NCBI GenBank assembly: GCA_038211505.1
Contig: JBBQVO010000001.1
Coordinates: forward strand, 1 to 62,992
Reading direction: 5' to 3'
DNA from: Dehalococcoidia bacterium
GTDB lineage: Bacteria; Chloroflexota; Dehalococcoidia; DSTF01; JACRBR01
DNA: 62,992 nt
The position numbers and the translations under genes were made by a program. The first letter of the stretch is position 1; each line of letters opens with the position of its first letter. The notes beneath the pieces were generated by a model, which saw only the letters and a list, made by a program, of their open reading frames with translations, did no database searches and had not been told where the DNA came from. This document shows positions 35,735 through 42,561 of this stretch, one piece after another.

Positions 35735-37345
35735 GTGGCCCTTGCTGATCCGCGTGTGAGCTCCGGCTCGCTCGCTACCCGCACGGGGGTGCGCCTGCGA
35801 GCGGACTACGTGGCGCTTCTCGCCGTCGTGTTCGCATTCGGCGGCGAATGCCTGTTCTTCGTCTTCAACGGCTATCTCAATCGCGACGAAGGCTGGTATT
35901 TGCTCTCGGGCAAGCAAGTGTTCGACGGCGGCGTGCCGTATCGCGACTTTCCGTACTTCCAGACGCCGCTGCTGCCGTACGTCTTCGGGGCGTCGCAGCA
36001 GATCTTCGGCAGCGGCATCATCGCCGGGCGCGCGACGAGCTTGATCTTTGCCGCCGCGTCGATGGCGCTGATCCTGTATATCGGCGAGCGCATCGGCGGG
36101 CGGCGGACGGCGATCTGCGCCGCGATCCTCATCCTGCTGACGCCGGATTTCGCGCTGGCGTCGGTCACGGCGCGGTCGGAGGCGGTCGTCGTGCCGCTGA
36201 CGCTGGCCGCGCTGGCGGCGATGCTCACGTATCGTCGCGGGTTCGCGGCGATCACGCTGGCGCCGGCGCTGCTGCTGGTCGCGACGGCGACGCGGCTGTC
36301 GTTCTTGCCGGCGGTGCTGCTCTGCGCGGCGTTCTGCTACGGGCAGGCGCGGCCGTCGCGGCGCGAAGCGTTGCTCGCCGCGGGCGCGCTCGTTGCGCTG
36401 GCTGCGGCGTTCATCGTGCCGTTTGTGATCGTGGCGCCGCATCGCACGATCTTTGATGTGTGGACGGCGCAGGCGGCGCGCAACAATCAGTTCGGTCTCG
36501 AGCAGCACGATGTCTGGCTGACCGTGATCCGGCGCATCTGGTTTGTGAATCTGCCGTTCGATCTCTTCTTCGTCGTGATCATCCCGACTCTCTTCGCGCT
36601 CGCGCTGATCGTCGATCGATGGCGCTCCGGCTGGCGGCCGTGGCGGGCGTCGGCCGATGACGTGATGTCGCGGTATCTGTTGCTGATCGGATTCGCGATC
36701 GTGCTCTGGCTGCCGTTCGCGGGATTCGATCACCAGGAGGACCGCTACTTTATCCCGTCGTTCGCGTTGTCGGCGCTGCTCGCCGCGGATCTGTTCGTGC
36801 GGGCATCGCGATCGTACTTCGGCGAGATCGGGCGCTTGTTGCCGCCGGTCTTTGTCGCGCTGGTCGTCGCGCACGCGGTGTTCCAGGTCGGGACGATCCG
36901 CGAGTTCATTGATCCGCACGATGTGGGTCAGACGGACGGCGTCGGCGCGTACATCGCCTCGATGATGAGCGGCGACGATCAGCTGGTGTCGTTCAACGCG
37001 ACCCTCGCGGTTGCCGCCGATCACAACGTGGCGCCGCAGATGCTGATGGGACAGTTCTCGTTCTGGCCCTCGATGTCGGACGCCGATGCGCGTCGCAACG
37101 GCGTCGTCAACGCCGATGTGTTGCAGGACGTGATGCTGGATCCGCGCACGAAGGTGATTGCGCTCGACGACTACGATCTCGGACTGATCGGCAACACGCG
37201 TCCTGAAGATGACACGCTGCCTTCGCTGACGGCGTGGCCGTTCAAGCTCTACCCGCAACTGCTGAGCACATTCGATTTGGTGCGGACAGTGACGAACTTC
37301 GGCCAGTTCGATGCGACGCTGTACATCCTCGAGCGGCGGACGTAG
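35735..37345 (+). CDS. Membrane glycosyltransferase, ArnT/PMT-like (GT39/GT83 family)
   Basis: More than 10 TM segments with the N-terminal loop motif 'NRDEGWYLLSGKQVFDGGVPYRDFPYFQTPLLPY'. Takes the GTG at 35735, preceded by AGGAGG with 5-nt spacing. The longest ORF starts at 35651. Confidence 0.75.
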   Translation: MALADPRVSSGSLATRTGVRLRADYVALLAVVFAFGGECLFFVFNGYLNRDEGWYLLSGKQVFDGGVPYRDFPYFQTPLLPYVFGASQQIFGSGIIAGRATSLIFAAASMALILYIGERIGGRRTAICAAILILLTPDFALASVTARSEAVVVPLTLAALAAMLTYRRGFAAITLAPALLLVATATRLSFLPAVLLCAAFCYGQARPSRREALLAAGALVALAAAFIVPFVIVAPHRTIFDVWTAQAARNNQFGLEQHDVWLTVIRRIWFVNLPFDLFFVVIIPTLFALALIVDRWRSGWRPWRASADDVMSRYLLLIGFAIVLWLPFAGFDHQEDRYFIPSFALSALLAADLFVRASRSYFGEIGRLLPPVFVALVVAHAVFQVGTIREFIDPHDVGQTDGVGAYIASMMSGDDQLVSFNATLAVAADHNVAPQMLMGQFSFWPSMSDADARRNGVVNADVLQDVMLDPRTKVIALDDYDLGLIGNTRPEDDTLPSLTAWPFKLYPQLLSTFDLVRTVTNFGQFDATLYILERRT

Positions 37346-37386
37346 GGACCTAACGCCCCAGCCGTCTCCTTCGGCGACTCTTCGAC

Positions 37387-37592
37387 CTTCCCGACACGGG
37401 AAGGGGAGTCCGACTGCGTCGCCACACGAACGGCCGAGGGCGGCCTTGCCATCTGCGTGCGGCGTCGTGCGACGTGGGGAGAGGCGTGTCGGGGCGACGT
37501 CATCGCGGCCGAGGGCGGCCGTGCCACGTGCGCGGCATCGTGCGTTTGCGACGGACCAAACCGCCACCCCTTCCCGACGCGGGAAGGGGTGG
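37387..37592. repeat. Composite repeat block: two CCTTCCCG..CGGGAAGG hairpins bracketing two ~45-nt direct repeats with a 75-nt period
   Basis: The hairpins are at 37387..37405 and 37564..37592. The second has a perfect 13-bp stem CCACCCCTTCCCG/CGGGAAGGGGTGG. The direct repeats 'cggccgagggcggcc(t/g)tgcca..tgcg..' start at 37431 and 37506. A third partial copy lies at 49632..49660. Confidence 0.8.
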
Positions 37593-37697
37593 CGAGATTG
37601 CTTCACGCGCGGGCGCTCGGGCGGAGGGGCGTGTTGCCACGGTCATATGGTGTGCTCGCTACACTGACGCTGTTTGGAACCCCGCCAAGGATGATTG

Positions 37698-39395
37698 ATG
37701 ACGAAGATTCTTCGCGTCGACATGACGCGCCGTACTGTCACCGAAGCGACTGTGCCGGACGCCTCCGCGATGCTGGGCGGGCGCGCGCTCACGTCGCGCA
37801 TCATCGCCGATGAGGTCGACGCTACGATCGATGCGCTGTCGCGCGAGGCGAAGCTGGTGTTCGCGCCGGGACTGCTCGGCGGGACGGCGATCACGACATC
37901 GGGACGGACGTCGTTCGGCGGCAAGTCGCCGCTGACGGGCGGGTTGAAGGAATCGAACGTCGGCGGCGTGCTCGGGCACAAGCTGGCGAAGCTCGGCATC
38001 AAGGCGGTGATCGTCGAAGGAGCGCCCGAGAACGGAGCGCTCTATGTTTGGCATCTGGCAGCGGACGGCACGTCGCGGTTTGAGGCTGCGGGCGATCTTG
38101 GCGGGCTCGGCAACTACGCCGTGGCAGAGCGGCTGCTCGACGGCATGAGCAGCAAGACGCGCGCGGTCGTCAGCATCGGCCCGGCGGGCGAGCAGCGGAT
38201 GACGGCGGCGTCCATCGCGGTCAATGATCCTGAGGGGCGGCCGACGCGGCATGCGGCGCGCGGCGGGCTCGGCGCGCTGATGGCGGCGAAGGGGCTGAAG
38301 GCGGTCGTCATCGATGATGGCGGCGCCAAGAACGTCGACGCTGCCGATCCTGCGGCATTTCGCGAGGCGATGCTCGGCTTCTCGAAGATCGTGCTCGACG
38401 ACCCGCGCACGAACAATCTCTCGCGCACGGGCACCGCCGGCGTGATCAAGTTCGTCAATCGCGACAACGTGCACTCCCTGCCCGCGCACAACCACCGCAT
38501 CGGGACGATGGCGACGGCGGATCTGATCGGCGGCCAGCACATCGCCGAATTGGGCGCCGAGCGCGGCGGGCGCATGCTGCCGTGCATGGCCGGCTGCATC
38601 ATCAAGTGCGCGATCCTGTTCAACAACGCCGCGGGCGAGCACGTGACGACGGCGCTGGAGTTCGAGACGATCGCGCTCCTCGGCTCGAATCTCGATGTCG
38701 ACGACATCGATGCGATCGGCCAGATGGATCGCCTGTGCGACGACATCGGCCTCGACACGATCGAGATCGGCAACGCATTCGGCATCGCGATGGAGGCCGG
38801 CGTCCTGCCATGGGGCGACTGGCACGGCGTCCTGCGCATCCTCGATGAAGACGTGCGCACGGGCACGGAGCTCGGGCGGATCATCGGCGGCGGCACGGTG
38901 CACGCGGCGCGCGCGCTGGGCATCGAGCGCATCCCCGCCGTGAAGGGGCAGGGGCTGCCGGCGTGGGAGCCGCGGACGTTGAAGGCGATGGGCGTCACCT
39001 ACGCGACGAGCCCGCAGGGCGCCGATCACACGGCTGGTCTCGTGACGGCGCGCGGCGTCACGCACGAGACGCTGGTGAAGGCGTCGCGGCACGAGCAGCT
39101 CGTGATGGCGGCGGTCGATTCCGTCGGACTCTGCCAGTTCTCGAATCCGGTCGAAGCCGATATGGCGACGTTCGTTAGTGCGCGATACGGCGTCGACTGG
39201 ACGGCGGCGGACGTCATGGCGCTCGCGCGGCAAACGCTGATCGACGAGCGCGACTTCAACCGGCGCGCCGGCTTCGGCCGCGACGCCGACGAGTTGCCGT
39301 CGTTCTTGCGCACGGAGCCGCTGCACACGTCGGAGGGCGATCAAGTGTTCGATTTAGATCCGGCGCTGCTCGATACGTTCTGGGACTTCGAGTGA
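37698..39395 (+). CDS. Aldehyde:ferredoxin oxidoreductase family (tungsto/molybdopterin enzyme)
   Basis: 'MTKILRVDMTRRTVTEATVP..LGGRALTS', 'GKSPLTGGLKESNVGG' and 'TIEIGNAFGIAMEAG'. AAGGA lies 6 nt before the ATG at 37698. Confidence 0.85.
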   Translation: MTKILRVDMTRRTVTEATVPDASAMLGGRALTSRIIADEVDATIDALSREAKLVFAPGLLGGTAITTSGRTSFGGKSPLTGGLKESNVGGVLGHKLAKLGIKAVIVEGAPENGALYVWHLAADGTSRFEAAGDLGGLGNYAVAERLLDGMSSKTRAVVSIGPAGEQRMTAASIAVNDPEGRPTRHAARGGLGALMAAKGLKAVVIDDGGAKNVDAADPAAFREAMLGFSKIVLDDPRTNNLSRTGTAGVIKFVNRDNVHSLPAHNHRIGTMATADLIGGQHIAELGAERGGRMLPCMAGCIIKCAILFNNAAGEHVTTALEFETIALLGSNLDVDDIDAIGQMDRLCDDIGLDTIEIGNAFGIAMEAGVLPWGDWHGVLRILDEDVRTGTELGRIIGGGTVHAARALGIERIPAVKGQGLPAWEPRTLKAMGVTYATSPQGADHTAGLVTARGVTHETLVKASRHEQLVMAAVDSVGLCQFSNPVEADMATFVSARYGVDWTAADVMALARQTLIDERDFNRRAGFGRDADELPSFLRTEPLHTSEGDQVFDLDPALLDTFWDFE

Positions 39396-39450
39396 ACGAC
39401 GAAGGAACCGCGATTTCACCGATTTCACGGATGAGATCGGGAGGACATCC

Positions 39451-39948
39451 ATGACTAGTGAAACCGGCATTGCTAACGGTGAAGTGGATACGCTCGTCGC
39501 CTCGATATTTGGTGTGCTCGATAGGGTGGTGGAACAGCTCGACGGGCTGTCGGCGCAACAGCTGAACTTCCGGCCGCCGATCGCCGGCGCGAACAGCGCG
39601 TATGTGATCGCCACGCATACGCTCGGCAACGCGCGCGCCTGGGTACTGGGCATCGCCTGCGGACAGGTGGTGAGGCGCGATCGACCGGCGGAGTTTCGCG
39701 CGACCGCTAGCGATGCATCGCGCGTGCGCGACGAGCTGGCGTCATTTCGGCAGGAGAAAGCAGATCCGGTGGCGGCCCTCGACGGCGCCGCGCTGGAGCG
39801 AAGGCTCCTGCCGCCGCAGGAGCTTTGGGGTGAGGGCACGCCACGCGAGATCAATGTGCGCTATGCGTTTCTGCATGTGATCGAGCATGCATCGCTGCAC
39901 CTCGGGCACATTCACATGACACGCGATCTTGCGCTGGCGGCCGGTTGA
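39451..39948 (+). CDS. DinB family protein
   Basis: 165 aa with 'AYVIATHTLGNARAW' and 'FLHVIEHASLHLGHIHMTRDL'. Confidence 0.7.
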   Translation: MTSETGIANGEVDTLVASIFGVLDRVVEQLDGLSAQQLNFRPPIAGANSAYVIATHTLGNARAWVLGIACGQVVRRDRPAEFRATASDASRVRDELASFRQEKADPVAALDGAALERRLLPPQELWGEGTPREINVRYAFLHVIEHASLHLGHIHMTRDLALAAG

Positions 39949-39967
39949 CGACAAACGGAGAGGGCAC

Positions 39968-40261
39968 GTGACACAGACGTTGGAGCATACGGTGGTGTTG
40001 TTTGCGCAGGGGTACTGCGAGTTCTCGGAGATGGTGCGGCTGCATCTGGAGTCGCGCGGGCAGAAGTACACCGAACGCGACGTCGACAGCGATGCATCGG
40101 CGCGCGCGGACATGCTGGCGCTCGGCGCGACCGGCACACCAGTGACCGTGATCGACGGCGAGCCGGTGATCGGCTTCGACGATGAGGCGATTGATGAGTT
40201 GCTCGGTTTTACGCCATACAACGAGCACGAGAACCTCGACGGCGAGCGGATCGATGATTAG
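39968..40261 (+). CDS. Glutaredoxin/NrdH-like thioredoxin-fold protein (CxxS motif)
   Basis: 'VVLFAQGYCEFSEMVRLHLESRGQKYTERDVD...TPVTVIDGEPVIGFD'. Takes the GTG at 39968, preceded by GGAGAGGG. The longest ORF starts at 39929. Confidence 0.55.
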   Translation: MTQTLEHTVVLFAQGYCEFSEMVRLHLESRGQKYTERDVDSDASARADMLALGATGTPVTVIDGEPVIGFDDEAIDELLGFTPYNEHENLDGERIDD

Positions 40262-40581
40262 CACGAGCGTGGTGTGTTTCTCGATCGAATCGCGCTCGTC
40301 TCCAACGCCGGGCGAATTGGGCTGGGCATTTCAGACACGCCCGCGAGGCGCTGAATCTCATGTCGGCCCGAGCGCGGGTGTTGGAAAGCCCACTACGAGA
40401 GGTCAATAGGGAGCGGCGCCGCTCTTCGATGGGGACGACGCACGCACCTCGGCGCGTTGCCTGTGGATCGGGCCGCTGTTACGATCGGCCGTACGCGCGT
40501 TCGACGCGGTTTCTCGATTGTCCAGGTGGTGGGTGCAGGCGCGGCTTCGGCGCCCAGGCGCCGACGCCGTCAGGAGTGTTC

Positions 40582-42018
40582 ATGCCCGAAGGCAGCTTCA
40601 CATCTCTCGACTTCATGTTTCATCCCCGCTCGGTCGCCGTCGTCGGCGCTTCGACGCAGGATGGGCCGGGATCGTTCGTCGCGGCGATCAAGGAGATGAA
40701 GTTCGGCGGCGATCTCTATCCCGTGAACCCGAAGGCGGAGGAGATCGGCGGGCTGAAATGCTATCCGCGGCTCGGCGACATCCCCGGCCACGTCGATCAC
40801 GTCATCTCGTCGGTGCCGCTCCGCTTCGTGGAGCAGTTGATGGATGATTGCGTGACGAAGGGCGTGCGCACCGTGCATTTCTTCACGGCGGGATTCAGTG
40901 AGACGGGCGACGCAGAGGCGTCAGCGCTGGAGGCTCGCGTGCTCGCGAAGGCTCGCGCCGCCGGCATCCGAGTCGTCGGGCCGAACTGCATGGGGCTGTA
41001 CTATCCGGCCGGCGGGCTGTCGTTCATGCCGGCTCTGCCGACGGAGCCAGGGCCGGTGGCGATGCTCTCGCAGAGTGGCGCCAACGCCGGTGAGTTCTGC
41101 CGAACCGCGGCGGTGCGCGGCCTGCGCTACAGCAAAGTCGTCAGCTACGGCAACGGCACCGACATCCGCGAGTCGGAGCTGCTCGAATATGCGGCCGAGG
41201 ATCCGGAGACGGAAGTGATCGCCTGCTACATCGAAGGCATCACCGACGGGGCGCACTTCATGCGAGCGCTGAAGAAAGCCGCGGCTGCGAAACCCGTCGC
41301 GATCCTCAAAGGCGGGCGGACGGAGGCGGGCGCGCGGGCGACAAGCTCGCACACAGGTAGCCTCGCCGGGTCGCTGCAGATCTTCGACGCGGCGGTGCGG
41401 CAGGCGGGCGCTGTGCGCGTCGATCGGATGGAGGAGCTCGTCGATCAGGCGGTGGCATTCCGCTTTCTGCCGAAGCTCGCCGGGCCACGCGCGGGCATTG
41501 TCGGCGGCGGTGGCGGCTACAGCGTGTTGGCGTCAGACGAGATCGGCGCGGCGGGGCTGGAGATGCCGACGCTGCCGGCGGACATCCAGCAGAAGCTGCA
41601 CGACTTCACTCCGACCGCCGGTACATCTGTACGCAACCCCGTGGACACGAGCGTTGGCTGGGGGCCGGACGGGCTCAAGCCGATGCTCGACACGATCCGT
41701 ATCGTCTCCGAATCGCCGAACGTCGACTACATCCTCTATCACACCAGCTACTCGTGGGGCGCCATGCGCGCCGAAGGGCCGAGCATCGTCGAGGTGGCGG
41801 GCGAGGCGGCGACGAAGCTGGGCGAGGTGGCGCGGGCGAGCGGCAAGCCGATCGTTTGCGTTGCGCGCATCCCGACGACGGAGTTAGGGATGGCAGGGAC
41901 GCTGGCGTTCCAGCAGACGGTCGCCGAGCAGGGGCTGCCGGTGTTCAACAGCGTGCAGGCGGCGGCGCTCGCCGTACAGCGATTGCTGCAGTGGCAGGCG
42001 AATCGCGCCGCGAACTAG
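40582..42018 (+). CDS. ADP-forming acyl-CoA synthetase, alpha-type subunit (CoA-binding plus ligase-CoA domains)
   Basis: 478 aa from the ATG at 40582, with AGGAG upstream. Motifs are 'FHPRSVAVVGAS..LYPVNPK', 'MLSQSGA' and 'SSHTGSLAG' (the phosphohistidine loop). No ATP-grasp beta part is present. Confidence 0.75.
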   Translation: MPEGSFTSLDFMFHPRSVAVVGASTQDGPGSFVAAIKEMKFGGDLYPVNPKAEEIGGLKCYPRLGDIPGHVDHVISSVPLRFVEQLMDDCVTKGVRTVHFFTAGFSETGDAEASALEARVLAKARAAGIRVVGPNCMGLYYPAGGLSFMPALPTEPGPVAMLSQSGANAGEFCRTAAVRGLRYSKVVSYGNGTDIRESELLEYAAEDPETEVIACYIEGITDGAHFMRALKKAAAAKPVAILKGGRTEAGARATSSHTGSLAGSLQIFDAAVRQAGAVRVDRMEELVDQAVAFRFLPKLAGPRAGIVGGGGGYSVLASDEIGAAGLEMPTLPADIQQKLHDFTPTAGTSVRNPVDTSVGWGPDGLKPMLDTIRIVSESPNVDYILYHTSYSWGAMRAEGPSIVEVAGEAATKLGEVARASGKPIVCVARIPTTELGMAGTLAFQQTVAEQGLPVFNSVQAAALAVQRLLQWQANRAAN

Positions 42019-42038
42019 GCACGGCCCGAGGAGGACGC

Positions 42039-42458
42039 GTGGTCACCGACTTCAACGAGATGAACCAGCGAGTCACCGCGGAGTTCCACGCGAACGGCGG
42101 CAAGCTCGGCGGACGCTTCGCCGGGATGGACGTGCTGATCCTCACGACGACCGGCGCAAAGAGCGGGCAGATGCGCTGGAACCCGCTGTCGTACAGCAGG
42201 GACGGCGACCGCTACATCATCGTCGCATCGAAAGGCGGCGCGCCGTCGAACCCCGACTGGTACTACAACGTGCTCGCCTATCCGTCCGTGAACATCGAAG
42301 TCGGCACGGAGAACCTCCAGGTCGACGCAACGATCGCGACCGGCGCCGAGCGCGAGCGGTTATTCGCCGCGCACGCGGCGCGCATGCCGTTCTTCGCGGA
42401 GTACGCGAAGAATGCGACGCGCGAGATCCCGGTGGTGGTGTTGACGCCGGTGGTGTGA
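42039..42458 (+). CDS. Deazaflavin (F420)-dependent nitroreductase family oxidoreductase (DDN-like)
   Basis: 'NQRVTAEFHANGGKLGGRFAGMDVLILTTTGAKSGQMRWNPLSYSRDGDRYIIVASKGGAPSNPDWYYN...REIPVVVL'. GTG start with GAGGAGGA upstream. Confidence 0.8.
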   Translation: MVTDFNEMNQRVTAEFHANGGKLGGRFAGMDVLILTTTGAKSGQMRWNPLSYSRDGDRYIIVASKGGAPSNPDWYYNVLAYPSVNIEVGTENLQVDATIATGAERERLFAAHAARMPFFAEYAKNATREIPVVVLTPVV

Positions 42459-42503
42459 GTGCGGCGCTAGTCAGCGATCGGACTGCGTCGGCGCGCCACG
42501 ACG

Positions 42504-42523
42504 GGCGGCCACACGGGGCCGCC
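42504..42523. terminator. Hairpin between convergent genes
   Basis: GGCGGCC-acacgg-GGCCGCC, located between the DDN stop and the polA stop. No U-tract. Confidence 0.35.
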
Positions 42524-42561
42524 TCTACAAGTCATTCGTCCAAAGTACGCAGTCGTTGCCG

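Noticed and set aside
35633-37606. 657-aa minus-strand ORF, the longest in the area, plus similar large ORFs at 258..1010(-), 37659..39344(-), 18356..19423(-), 1944..2864(-), 53562..55232(+), 52915..54627(+), 9537..10697(+) and 14485..15648(+)
   Set aside because: They are extremely Arg/Pro/Ala/His-rich with no recognisable motifs. Each lies antisense to, or out of frame with, a gene that has clear family signatures. These are typical stop-codon-poor shadow ORFs of high-GC DNA.
40360-40581. Upstream 74 codons of ORF 40360..42018 as part of the acyl-CoA synthetase
   Set aside because: The segment is Arg/Cys/Gly-rich and not protein-like. A good AGGAG-ATG at 40582 begins exactly at the conserved 'FHPRSVAVVGAS' N-terminus.
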